Part shown: in pieces, positions 13,896 to 23,209 of the stretch
How positions within the stretch are numbered: the stretch's first letter is position 1
Layout of the letters: each line of letters starts with the position of its first letter
Source: a virus
Taxonomy: Duplodnaviria; Caudoviricetes
Length of the DNA: 27,874 nucleotides
Reading direction: 5' to 3' (one strand)
Virus record (IMG/VR): IMGVR_UViG_3300044708_000154
Span: 1 to 27,874 of that record
The notes under the pieces: model-generated
What the model was told of the DNA's origin: nothing
The model's input: the letters and a program-made list of their open reading frames with translations, nothing else
Databases searched by the model: none
Translations under genes and position numbers: made by a program

Positions 13896-14578
13896 TGGCT
13901 CGCCGAGGCCGTCCGCCGAAGAAGCAGCACCCGGACCGGATCAACGGACGTCCGGAGGGCGAGGGCGACATGCTCGCTATCCTGGGCGACGACCGGGCCG
14001 AGATGGAGCTGGCCAGGCTGGTCAGAGACATGGTCCCGTACCAGGGCTTCCTGCTGATCCGCCCCCCGCTAGAGGTGCGCGTGTACCGCAGCCTGCGCAA
14101 CCTGGCCATCCTGGAGTGCCTGTTCCACCTGGAGGACGAGGATATCTGCCGGCGCCTCACCATGACTCAGGCCGCCATTGACCGCCTGCGTGAGAACCCG
14201 CACCACGAGATGATGCGGGGCAAGGTGGTTGAGGTCGTGGAACGGCTGGCGAATCCGCGCAAGATGGAGGAGTGGGCTGCGGACAACGAGGATCGCCTGT
14301 CCTTGGAACTGGTTAAGACGGCCCTGTACGACGGCAGTACCCGCGACCGCACCCAGGCCATGAATTCGCTCCTGGATCGCGTCTCGGCAAAGAAGGGGCG
14401 CGAGGACGGCCAGAGCGACTCCGGCATGCCTCACTTCCCTGCGGACGTCCTGAAGATGATGGAGATGGCGGCCTCAGTGACTGCCGTAGCCACCAGGGCG
14501 GCCATGCGCGGCGAGATCGACGGCTCAGTCCTCAACGTACCCAGGTACATAGGTAGCGGCGATACGCACGAGGAATGA
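13895..14578 (+). CDS. Putative terminase small subunit
   Basis: Directly upstream of TerL with ATGA overlap; N-terminal RRGRPPK, HTH-like segment and QAMNSLLDR motif. Confidence 0.65.
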   Translation: MARRGRPPKKQHPDRINGRPEGEGDMLAILGDDRAEMELARLVRDMVPYQGFLLIRPPLEVRVYRSLRNLAILECLFHLEDEDICRRLTMTQAAIDRLRENPHHEMMRGKVVEVVERLANPRKMEEWAADNEDRLSLELVKTALYDGSTRDRTQAMNSLLDRVSAKKGREDGQSDSGMPHFPADVLKMMEMAASVTAVATRAAMRGEIDGSVLNVPRYIGSGDTHEE

Positions 14579-16404
14579 GCAACATAATCCTGCCGGGCGC
14601 TCCATATGAGGCCCCTCCGCATCAGCTCCTCCCTCCGGACGCCAGGGAGTGGACGGAGAAGTACCGTCTAGGGGAGAGGGCCAAGGCGAGAGCGTCACTG
14701 CTCTACTTTCAGGTCGGCATCTGCGGACTCATCCCCACCGGCCCGCGAGGCGAGTCGCAGCTCTCGTCCTACCACGCCGATCAGTGCTCGTTCCTGGAAG
14801 GTCGCGACCCGCATCACCCCTGGCTGAGGGCGATGATGTGCTGCTTCCGAGGCGGCTCGAAGTCGGTCTCTGCTCGCGTGTACACCCTCTGGCGGTGCCT
14901 GGAGATCGTCAATCTCTCGGCCTACTTGGTCAGCAACTCAGACGACAACGCGAAGAAATTGCACTTCGAGAAGATCGTCCACCTCCTGGACAACAGCGAG
15001 AGGTCGGAGTACATACGCTGGATCTACAAGGACAGAATTCCGCCCAACCTAGTCGGGACCAACAAGGAGCGCCTGGAGCTGGTTAAGACTGACACCCAGG
15101 CCGATCCTGCCTTCACCTACGGCGGGATCTCGACCAGCAGGCGCGGTAAGCACCCCGACATCGTCCTGGCCGACGACCTTGAGGGCGCTGACGATCCGAA
15201 GTCTGGGGTCCAGTCCGAGGATGCCTACGCGGCCTATCAGTCCCTAATTCCCCTCATGCGGCACCTGGGCCACTCCCAGATCCTGGTTGTGGCCACCCCG
15301 ACCGAGGGTGACGACTTCTCGCTGGTCTGGCGCCTGCGGGAGAAGTCGTCGAAGGAGGTTCTCGACGCTACCGGCCACCCCTGGAACGGGGACGAGGACA
15401 ACGAACACTGTAGCCTGAAGATATTCTGGCGCCCGATCGTCGATGCGAACGGGAAGAGCGCTTGGCCGGAGCGGTTCCCAAAGCGAGAGATCGACCAGCT
15501 ACTTACGGAGCCGATCGCGAAAACTCAGTACCTCTTGAAGCGTGCGACCAGCGGCCTGTCCATCTTCGACATGGCCGCGATCACCAAGGGCTTCTACCGC
15601 TTCACGGAAGGCTCCAGGGACTCGATCTCCTACAGGGGCTTCCGCTTCGACCGAGACCGCGTGACGGACGAGGGGTACGTCCTGCCGGAGCCGTCGAATG
15701 CGGTCGTGAAGCTGAAGGCGCTGCGATACTTCCTGCACTTCGATCCGCTGCACAAGTCTAAGTCTCAGCGCAAGTCCGCCATGCGCCACCAGAGGCCGGC
15801 CAAGGCGGCAGCGGTTGTCGTCGGAGTCGCGCCGGATTCGCACGCGTTCGTGCTCGATTACTGGATCGGATCGGAAGAGATCGGGGAGCAGGCCAGTCAG
15901 GTTTTTCGCCTGTACCGCAAGTGGCAGCCGCACGTGGTCACGTCCGAGGCCATCGGTGCGCAGGTCTGGTTTAAGGCGTTCATCGAGTCGCGGGAGATGG
16001 GGGACCCGAACTGGTCCAGGCCCATGAGCGCCGGGTTCCTGAGTCCGTCCATCGCCATGCCGCGCCTGTCGTCCCGGCTCCAGGAGGCGGAGAAGGGTAT
16101 CGAGTCGAAGGAAGCGATCTTTCGCGAATCCTTAAGTCCGTGGTTCAACGTGGGCAGCCTGCACATCCGGGAGGATCAGCGCGAGCTGGTTTCGCAGCTT
16201 CAGGAGGCCGCCAACGAGGAGCACGAGATTGACCTGGTGGATGCCCTGGCGCAGGGCACTAGCGTATGGAAGCCGCCAACCGGCGACCTACTGGCCAGGG
16301 AGTGGGCCGAGCGCAGAGCCTTCCACGAGGCGTTCAAGCAGCAGAAGGGCGGCTCGACACTCAGCCGTACCGGCTTCAAGTCCTCCGGCTGGTCTTCTAC
16401 CTAA
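14575..16404 (+). CDS. terL: Terminase large subunit
   Basis: Walker A FRGGSKS, Walker B GKHPDIVLADDLE, VVATP, WPERF, nuclease residues HFDP and DLVDALA. Confidence 0.95.
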   Translation: MSNIILPGAPYEAPPHQLLPPDAREWTEKYRLGERAKARASLLYFQVGICGLIPTGPRGESQLSSYHADQCSFLEGRDPHHPWLRAMMCCFRGGSKSVSARVYTLWRCLEIVNLSAYLVSNSDDNAKKLHFEKIVHLLDNSERSEYIRWIYKDRIPPNLVGTNKERLELVKTDTQADPAFTYGGISTSRRGKHPDIVLADDLEGADDPKSGVQSEDAYAAYQSLIPLMRHLGHSQILVVATPTEGDDFSLVWRLREKSSKEVLDATGHPWNGDEDNEHCSLKIFWRPIVDANGKSAWPERFPKREIDQLLTEPIAKTQYLLKRATSGLSIFDMAAITKGFYRFTEGSRDSISYRGFRFDRDRVTDEGYVLPEPSNAVVKLKALRYFLHFDPLHKSKSQRKSAMRHQRPAKAAAVVVGVAPDSHAFVLDYWIGSEEIGEQASQVFRLYRKWQPHVVTSEAIGAQVWFKAFIESREMGDPNWSRPMSAGFLSPSIAMPRLSSRLQEAEKGIESKEAIFRESLSPWFNVGSLHIREDQRELVSQLQEAANEEHEIDLVDALAQGTSVWKPPTGDLLAREWAERRAFHEAFKQQKGGSTLSRTGFKSSGWSST

Positions 16405-16675
16405 GAATCGACAGGAACAGGGCATTCACGTCCAGGTCCAGGACGCGAGCCACGGCAACGATCTTCGGTACGTCTGAATCCATAACGCTGGTCGATTCCA
16501 TCTCCCTCATCCGCAACCAGTCTTCGTCGATGTCCGGAGCGGACTCTCCGTAGAGCTTCCCGGCGACGTCCGAAGCCTTATCCACAACCCCCCTGCGGCT
16601 CCATGCACCAGGATTCCTTGACTTCTTGGCTATTCTGGCTGCTTTGATGGTCAATCCTAGGGTTCTGACGCTCAA
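16397..16675 (-). CDS. XRE/Cro-like HTH regulator
   Basis: LGLTIKAAR...WSRRGVV...IVAVARVLDLDVNALF; own promoter; AGGGA before TTG. Confidence 0.7.
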   Translation of the reverse strand: MSVRTLGLTIKAARIAKKSRNPGAWSRRGVVDKASDVAGKLYGESAPDIDEDWLRMREMESTSVMDSDVPKIVAVARVLDLDVNALFLSILR

Positions 16676-16705
16676 TTAAGTCCCTTTCCGGGAAGTGTTA
16701 TGGGG

Positions 16706-16756
16706 AATGTACCATTTCTCATGAAGGCGGTGCAATAGCCCTCCCATACTCCGGTC
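16706..16756. promoter_or_regulatory. Overlapping divergent promoters for the HTH gene and the portal operon
   Basis: Minus: TTGCAC-18-TACATT with TG extension; plus: CATACT 6 nt before the portal GTG. Confidence 0.6.
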
Positions 16757-18973
16757 GTGGAACCTCTCCGCCCGGAACAGGCACCTACGGACCCGTTTAA
16801 CGCTCTGAATTCCTTTCAGGATCAGGGCGGTGACGTTTCCGGATTCCTCGGTGACCTAAATCAGGCCGACCAGCTCCCCGACGAAGGTACTCGACCTGGC
16901 GCACTAGTAGCTGGTCAGAGCCCAGAACTGCTCATCACCCTCGACGAGGACGCGAGCAATCTTCTGGCGCATGACCTCTGCATGGCCTGCGACGAGTACG
17001 ACATGGCCCACAAGGACAAGTGGGCCACTGAGGAAGAGATCCGCGACGCCTACGCGATGAAGCCGGACGTGTCCCAATCGGGAAACTTCCCCGGCGCGGC
17101 GCAGATGTGCAGCGAGATGGTCCTCACGATGTGCGATCAGACCTTCGCCAGAATCTGGGGGGCGATCGAGGGCGCCAAGCCGCTCATTCGAGTCGACGCG
17201 ATCCAGGGTGCCTATTACGGCGTCGAGGAGTCGGCTCAGTTCGCCGCGAAGACCGAGAGCTTCATCAATCCTTACACGTTCGAGGAGATGGACTTCAAGC
17301 ACATCCTGCCTGCCGCCGTGCAGCGGGCGTGCAAGGTCGGTACGGCGGTCTTCCGCATCGCCTGGTGCGAGGAAGAGGAGACGGTCTGGGAGTTCCCGGT
17401 GGCTGGCGGACCGGCCCAGGAGGTCGTGATATCGAAGGGGCGGGTCGATGCCCAGCTCGTCGACAACCGACTCGTCAAGCTCTGGCCCCCCTACATCACC
17501 AACTGGCAGAGGGGGTACTCCTTCATCGGCCACGAGAGGGTCATGCTGCCTTCGGAGTGGAAGGCGGAGATCGCCAGACTCAAGGTCCCAGAAGAGCTGG
17601 CGAAGCGCATCGAGTCCGGCAGCAGCGCCGACGCCCTGGCGAAGGAAGTGGCCAAAGAGGGCGAGCGTCGCGGCATCCGGGCGGACCAGCTCAACGACGA
17701 GAAGCTCCTCAAGCCGCAGACCCTCACCGAACTGTGGTGCGACATGGTTCTGCCGGGTGACTCGAAGGCCACCAAGTTCCAGGTCATCCTGCACCGTGAA
17801 ACGAAGAGCATCCTCTGGATCGGCAAGAACGCTCACCACAGCCGTAAGCATCCCTACTTCCCGTTGCGGTACAAGACTTCCGACAACCATGGCTGGGGTA
17901 GCGGTGTAGGCGACGAGATCCTTCAGATGTGGGCCGCCGATACGGCCATGTTCAACCTGATGCTGGACAGTCTTTATGCCGGTGGCTACTTCGCCATCCT
18001 GCGCAGGGCCGGATCGATCTACAACACGCAGAGCGACAGCCCACGCCCAGGCATGCAGATCGCCGTGGACGACGTCGAAAAAGACTTCAAGCCGATCAAG
18101 CTGGGCGGCGAGGTCCCTGAGCTGGAGTCGGCTCGCGCGGATAACTACCAGCGCGCCCGCACGGCTTCCGGCATCAGTTCCGTGGCGGCTGGCAGCGGTG
18201 ATCCGGTCATGAAGTCGGGGGCCGGTACCGGCAGCACGCAGGCCCTGATCGATCAGGCCGGCATCAAGATGGGCATGGTCGATTCGAACATGCGCCTGGA
18301 CCTGTCCGAGGCGTACCTGCACATCCTGGAGACGATCCAGCAGTACGGGCAGGAGGGCATCCTGACCAAGTGGGCGACGTCCGAGGATGCCGCCGCCCTC
18401 CAGGAGCTGCTCTACCAGCCACCGCGTGGCCAGATCAGCAAGCTCTTCCGGGTGCGAGTTGAGGCGCCGAGCGCCAACAACACCAACGACGCGCGGCAGA
18501 AGACGTCCATGATGATCTGGACCTTCGCGCAGCAGCATGTGCAGACGGTCGACGCGATCGTTCAGGGCCTATTGCAACAGCAGAATCCCGCCGCCATCCC
18601 CCGCTGGATGGAGTCCTGCGCGCAGTACCTGACCGCCATTGCGCAGAAGGTGGCCGACACCGCCGATCTCCCCGGCATTGCGGAGATGGTCCCGCAGATC
18701 CCGCCGGAGATGCCGCCGGATCAGGTCATCAACCAGCTTCAGCAGAGCAACGGCACCCTCCAGCAGCAGCTTGGTCAGGCGCAGCAGATGCTCGCCACGC
18801 TTGCGCAGCAGGGCGCCGACATGTGCCAGTTCCAGGACCCGACGCAGATGACGCAGGCTGAGCCCGATCAGGATGATGTTTCGCAGCAGGGCATGGACCC
18901 GTCTCAGATGGACCCCTCCATGATGCAGGACCCGAGCCAGATGATGGGAGATCAGGGTGTCCCTCCTTCGTAA
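16757..18973 (+). CDS. Portal protein (738 aa)
   Basis: Position after TerL; GTAVFRIAW, HPYF...GWGSGVG, ASGIS...G and Q-rich tail typical of P22/T7-like portals. Confidence 0.92.
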   Translation: MEPLRPEQAPTDPFNALNSFQDQGGDVSGFLGDLNQADQLPDEGTRPGALVAGQSPELLITLDEDASNLLAHDLCMACDEYDMAHKDKWATEEEIRDAYAMKPDVSQSGNFPGAAQMCSEMVLTMCDQTFARIWGAIEGAKPLIRVDAIQGAYYGVEESAQFAAKTESFINPYTFEEMDFKHILPAAVQRACKVGTAVFRIAWCEEEETVWEFPVAGGPAQEVVISKGRVDAQLVDNRLVKLWPPYITNWQRGYSFIGHERVMLPSEWKAEIARLKVPEELAKRIESGSSADALAKEVAKEGERRGIRADQLNDEKLLKPQTLTELWCDMVLPGDSKATKFQVILHRETKSILWIGKNAHHSRKHPYFPLRYKTSDNHGWGSGVGDEILQMWAADTAMFNLMLDSLYAGGYFAILRRAGSIYNTQSDSPRPGMQIAVDDVEKDFKPIKLGGEVPELESARADNYQRARTASGISSVAAGSGDPVMKSGAGTGSTQALIDQAGIKMGMVDSNMRLDLSEAYLHILETIQQYGQEGILTKWATSEDAAALQELLYQPPRGQISKLFRVRVEAPSANNTNDARQKTSMMIWTFAQQHVQTVDAIVQGLLQQQNPAAIPRWMESCAQYLTAIAQKVADTADLPGIAEMVPQIPPEMPPDQVINQLQQSNGTLQQQLGQAQQMLATLAQQGADMCQFQDPTQMTQAEPDQDDVSQQGMDPSQMDPSMMQDPSQMMGDQGVPPS

Positions 18974-19298
18974 CCTGACCGATCGGCACTCGGCCAAGGT
19001 GGCGGAGCCTCGTCGCGCCCTTTGCGAGGCAGCGCGCCTGCTCTCGAACATCGACTTCATCAACCTGTACGGCGACGACCAGAGTCCTGTGGTCGCGCGC
19101 ATCAACGATCTTGAGCGGCTGGTGCGCGACATGTCGGTCACGGACCCGGCCCAGATGATTGCCTACAAGGCAGAGCTTCATGGTTTGAACTTCGTCCGCG
19201 CCGCATTGGTCACCCTGGCCGAGCGGCAGGCGGCGGAGCTAGGTACGGCACCAGCGGCGGAGCCTCGACAAGGACTCCTTCCCGTGAGGCCGAGCTGA
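18957..19298 (+). CDS. Small helical head-module protein
   Basis: Typical position between portal and scaffold. Confidence 0.75.
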   Translation: MSLLRNLTDRHSAKVAEPRRALCEAARLLSNIDFINLYGDDQSPVVARINDLERLVRDMSVTDPAQMIAYKAELHGLNFVRAALVTLAERQAAELGTAPAAEPRQGLLPVRPS

Positions 19299-19335
19299 TG
19301 GCCTTCCCCGATTTCGGGCGGCCAACTAGGAGACG

Positions 19336-20193
19336 ATGATGGACCCACTTGTACAGGACAGCGCGCTCGAAGAGGCGCTTCCACCCGACGCCGGAGGTGA
19401 GGCCGAGTTTGCACCCGAACTCGATCCCGAAACCCTTGCGGCAGAACTGGCCGAACTGCGTTCGGCCAACGAGAACTACGCGCAGCGACTTCGGGACACC
19501 CAGCACTGGGGGCACCAGCGTGACCAGGCGGCCCAGCGCGCACAAGCCGCCCTGGAGCAGGTTGCGGTCAACACCTCGCAGCCCCAGCGTCAGCAGCCTG
19601 CCGACCAGCCGTGGCGTCCGCCGCAGCTCTCGGATGAGGAGGCGGAAGCGTGGGCTCTCGATCCGAAGCGGATCAACAACGCCATCTGGCAGGCCAGTGC
19701 CTTCGCTGCTCAGCAGGCTACCAACGCTGTGCGCCAGACGTACGAGCCGGTGATTCAGGGGCTCGTCGGCCAGGTCAACTCCCTCAACTCGCAGCTACCG
19801 GCCGCCATCGAGCCGGCCGCCATCGAGGCCGCCAATCGCGGGGCTTCGATCGTCGAGTCGACTCTCGGGATCACTCGCGAGCAGTACGTGAACAGTCTCG
19901 GCGCCGCAACCGACACCCTCTGGCGGTCCAGTAACGGCGACATGGCCATGTTCAACAAGATGCGTACCGATCCGCGGATCGTCGCGCACGCGGTCATCGA
20001 CGTCCACATGAATTCCGGCCAGGTAGCCCCGCCGCCTCGGCCACCGGTTCCTCCCTCGATCGGAACGTCGCCTCGCACTGCCGCTCCGGCGCCCCGTCCG
20101 TCTTCCGTTCCCGCTGGAGTCAGCGGGATCGGTGATGCATTCGGGATCAAATTCACCCCCGAGCAGCTTCGGGAAATCGCGCAGGCGAGGTAG
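19336..20193 (+). CDS. Putative scaffolding protein
   Basis: Acidic N-terminus, coiled coil, Pro-rich linker, short C-terminal helix; AGGAG RBS; gene order. Confidence 0.75.
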   Translation: MMDPLVQDSALEEALPPDAGGEAEFAPELDPETLAAELAELRSANENYAQRLRDTQHWGHQRDQAAQRAQAALEQVAVNTSQPQRQQPADQPWRPPQLSDEEAEAWALDPKRINNAIWQASAFAAQQATNAVRQTYEPVIQGLVGQVNSLNSQLPAAIEPAAIEAANRGASIVESTLGITREQYVNSLGAATDTLWRSSNGDMAMFNKMRTDPRIVAHAVIDVHMNSGQVAPPPRPPVPPSIGTSPRTAAPAPRPSSVPAGVSGIGDAFGIKFTPEQLREIAQAR

Positions 20194-20195
20194 CC

Positions 20196-20699
20196 ATGGG
20201 ACGACCACCGAAGAACCGCGCAGCCGCAGAACAGAAGATCGCCGTGACGGAAGCGCCCATCAAGCGCGATCTAGCCCATATTCCGGAGGAGCTTCAGCGC
20301 TTCTTTGCCGCTACCGGCAAGCGCGTGTCGCTGGCCTCCTGGGACCCCATCGCTGTCGCAAAGCACAGTCAGAACTCGCGGTTTCCGATCCGCCTGAAGG
20401 ATCTCGGAGAGCGAGAGGAAGACCTCACAGACCTCCTCACGGGGGAGAACGGTTTCCACATCCGAAACGGCAACTTCTGCAAGGGCGATTGCTATCTCTA
20501 CCAACAGAGCATGGCCGCATTCGAGGACCAGCTCAACGAGGGTAGGGAGATCAATGAGCAGCAGTACGGCGAGGCCGGCTTCCTGACGGATCTCGGAGTC
20601 ATCGACGATCTGGTCCGGAAGAGCACCCAGAACACCGGGCGCGTCGACCCGAAGTACAGCGAGATCCGTCAGATGGGTCAGCTCGCGCAGCCTACGTAG
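20196..20699 (+). CDS. Head-module hypothetical protein
   Basis: GAGG RBS; position between scaffold and capsid genes. Confidence 0.8.
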   Translation: MGRPPKNRAAAEQKIAVTEAPIKRDLAHIPEELQRFFAATGKRVSLASWDPIAVAKHSQNSRFPIRLKDLGEREEDLTDLLTGENGFHIRNGNFCKGDCYLYQQSMAAFEDQLNEGREINEQQYGEAGFLTDLGVIDDLVRKSTQNTGRVDPKYSEIRQMGQLAQPT

Positions 20700-20708
20700 A
20701 AGGAACGC

Positions 20709-20733
20709 TCGGTCAGGAAATCGGTCAGGAAAT
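20709..20733 (+). repeat. Tandem 12-bp repeat TCGGTCAGGAAA x2
   Basis: Exact duplication abutting the RBS of the next gene. Confidence 0.9.
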
Positions 20734-20744
20734 AGGAGAAAACG

Positions 20745-21284
20745 ATGCCGGTAAGGACTTGGCCCAAGCGTGCGAGCTACCCGACTGTACCGTCGAACTC
20801 GTACATTTCACTGATCGAGCGCAACAACGGCCTCATGGGGACGTCGCAGACGTTTCCGGCCGGCGCCCCGCTGAGCTTCTCCAGCGGCCTCTTGGTGGTG
20901 TTCGTGAACCCGACCACGGCCAAGATCGCTGCCTGGGCCTCTGAGGCAGCTACGGGGGTCATCAACAACCGCCTGAAGTACATCCTGGCGACTCCCGAGG
21001 TCGAGATCGAGGCGAACCTACTTGGCTCGTCTGCGGCCAACTACGTGCTCCTGGCTACCGACCTGGGCACCGCCCTCGACTTGGCAGCCAACGCGAACCT
21101 GGAAGGCACTGGCCTGGCCGGCTGGTATATCCAGAAAACGACCTCGGACCCGGCCGTGACGGTCTGCGAGTTCTTCAGCGACGACGTCGTTCCGAGCACC
21201 GCTGCGCCCACCTTCCCTGCCGCTGGCGACACGAACGCCAGGGTCCGTGCCCGGATCACTCCTGGCAAGGGCATCTTCACCTAA
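20745..21284 (+). CDS. Putative capsid decoration/cement protein
   Basis: Ala/Thr/Gly-rich beta protein directly upstream of the major capsid gene. Confidence 0.7.
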   Translation: MPVRTWPKRASYPTVPSNSYISLIERNNGLMGTSQTFPAGAPLSFSSGLLVVFVNPTTAKIAAWASEAATGVINNRLKYILATPEVEIEANLLGSSAANYVLLATDLGTALDLAANANLEGTGLAGWYIQKTTSDPAVTVCEFFSDDVVPSTAAPTFPAAGDTNARVRARITPGKGIFT

Positions 21285-21293
21285 GGAGTGACC

Positions 21294-22217
21294 ATGGCCG
21301 CCACGCAAAACAACATCACCTTTGCCCAGAATGCTCGGGCCTTCCAGCTCGGGCTTTCCACCGTATACGAGGACACCCTCAAGGTCATCCCGCAGAGCTA
21401 CAAGGAGTGGCTGCGCGAGGAGCCGGCGAAGGTGTTCTTCAAGACTGACTGGGCCTACAGCGGCCTGGGCACCATGGGGGAGAAGCAGATCGGCGCCGCA
21501 CCGGGGAAGGACAAGATCTTCTTCGGAACGCCGAAGACCTTCACCATGAAGACGTACGGGATGAGCCTCGTCATCCAGTACGAGGTCATCCGCTGGGACC
21601 TCTACGGCATCTTCAAGGATGTCGCGTCCCAGTTGGCGAAGACCGCCGTCACGAGATACGACATCGAGGCCTACCAGGTCTTCAACATGGCGTTCTCGAC
21701 GAGCGACAGCGTCTTCACCGACCACATGGGCGAGGCCCTCTGCTCGGTGGCGCACACCCGCATGGATGGTGGCGTCTTCAAGAACCGGCCGAGCAGCGAC
21801 ATCGGACTCTCGATGACCGCCATGCAGACCGCCACCACCGATATCCGGCGCATGGTCAACGAGCGCGGCAAGCTGGCTAGCCTTAAGCCGCAGAAGCTCG
21901 TGACCACCGTCGAGAACCAGTGGCTCGCGGACACCCTGCTCAACAGCAAGACGAACCCCGAGAACGCCAACAGCCAGAAGAACGTGCTGTCGACCTACGG
22001 CCTCGATCTCCTCATCGGCGACTACATCACCACGCAGACCAACTGGTTCGTCCTGGCGGACAAGGACTCTTACGAGATTCGCCTGGCGACCGGTGATAGC
22101 CCGGACCTCGTGACGGACACGGAGCCCGGCACTCGCAACAAGATGTTCAACAGCTACTGCTCCTTCAGAATCGAAGTCTACCGGGGCCGTGGCATCTACG
22201 GGTCCGTGGGGGCGTAA
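21294..22217 (+). CDS. Major capsid protein (Mu gpT-like, HK97 fold)
   Basis: SGLG...K..G, DGxALCSxAH-like segment, PQKLV, NxxN, WFV and RGIYGS C-terminus; AGGAG RBS. Confidence 0.92.
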   Translation: MAATQNNITFAQNARAFQLGLSTVYEDTLKVIPQSYKEWLREEPAKVFFKTDWAYSGLGTMGEKQIGAAPGKDKIFFGTPKTFTMKTYGMSLVIQYEVIRWDLYGIFKDVASQLAKTAVTRYDIEAYQVFNMAFSTSDSVFTDHMGEALCSVAHTRMDGGVFKNRPSSDIGLSMTAMQTATTDIRRMVNERGKLASLKPQKLVTTVENQWLADTLLNSKTNPENANSQKNVLSTYGLDLLIGDYITTQTNWFVLADKDSYEIRLATGDSPDLVTDTEPGTRNKMFNSYCSFRIEVYRGRGIYGSVGA

Positions 22218-22219
22218 CC

Positions 22220-23200
22220 ATGGCCTACAGTCCCACGGGAGCCACCGTACTGGAGCGTCAGGTGACGTTCCATCCGAACCAGGAGTTCAGCTCCAAGAGG
22301 TTTGCCGGCGGGACGATCGCTGCACAGCGCTTCGTGACCGTCGACTCTACTGGGGCACCTACTCAAGGGACCGCTAACTCGGCGCGTATCGTCGGGATCA
22401 GCGGCGACAACGCCAAGACGGTTGGCCAGGAGATGCAGATGCGTCTCTTCTGGGGCACCGTGACCGCCGATGACGCCATCACCGCCCCGGCCCTCGTCAA
22501 GTGCGGAGATTCGGGTCGCGCGGTCGGCATGGTCGATGCCACGGTTTCGGGAACCACGATCAAGACCACCGGAGCCGGGCTGGCCTTCACGAACCAGCCG
22601 GCGAATGACGGAATCGAAGTGGTTTCGTCGAGCGCTGCCGACACCACGCAGACGGTCACCTTCTACGGCACGACCACCGGCACCAACACGGTCGTGGTTG
22701 AGACGGTTGCCCTGAACGGTACGACCGTGGTTGCTACCACCAAGGTGGACTGGGGCGTGCTCCTGGGTTACGAGCTTTCCGCCTCGTGCGCAGGTACGGT
22801 CACTGTCCGCGAAGCCAGCGGTGATGCCACCATCTCGACGTGCGCCACGACCGTTCTGTCCAAGGGCGTTGAGACCGTCACTGCCGCTGATCAGCAGGCT
22901 TTCAACGTTGCGCCTACCGCTGTGGCCTCCGGCTCCAGCACGAAGCAGATCGGGATCGTCGGAACCAACTCGGCCGGAACGGCCATCTACGACTCGTTCC
23001 CGCTGAACGGAACGACCGCAGTCACCTTCGCGACCGCCTTCAAGCGCGTCACGAAGGTCCTCACGGGAGACGTAGAGGCCACCCGGACCGCCGTCGTCAA
23101 GGTCGGTGCGGCCGAGGATGCTTCCCGCAAGTGCGGCATCGCCACGACCTCGGCCACGGCGCAGGGAGATCGGATCATCGTGATCGGCGTAGGTCTCTAG
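22220..23200 (+). CDS. DUF2190-like capsid decoration protein with a large inserted domain
   Basis: IAAQRFV...IVGIS...AITA...DSGRAV and GIATTSATAQGDRIIV flank a ~180-aa Thr-rich insert. Confidence 0.7.
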   Translation: MAYSPTGATVLERQVTFHPNQEFSSKRFAGGTIAAQRFVTVDSTGAPTQGTANSARIVGISGDNAKTVGQEMQMRLFWGTVTADDAITAPALVKCGDSGRAVGMVDATVSGTTIKTTGAGLAFTNQPANDGIEVVSSSAADTTQTVTFYGTTTGTNTVVVETVALNGTTVVATTKVDWGVLLGYELSASCAGTVTVREASGDATISTCATTVLSKGVETVTAADQQAFNVAPTAVASGSSTKQIGIVGTNSAGTAIYDSFPLNGTTAVTFATAFKRVTKVLTGDVEATRTAVVKVGAAEDASRKCGIATTSATAQGDRIIVIGVGL

Positions 23201-23209
23201 GAGGACGGC

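Noticed and set aside
16904-18538. 544-aa antisense ORF in the portal gene (likewise 22196-23536, 13041-13862, 21018-21755)
   Set aside because: Shadow ORFs expected from strong GC3 codon bias on the sense strand; no RBS or protein motifs
22200-22222. -1 frameshift fusing the capsid protein to the next gene at GTGGGGGCG
   Set aside because: The -1 frame is open, but there is no X XXY YYZ slippery heptamer or clear stimulatory structure
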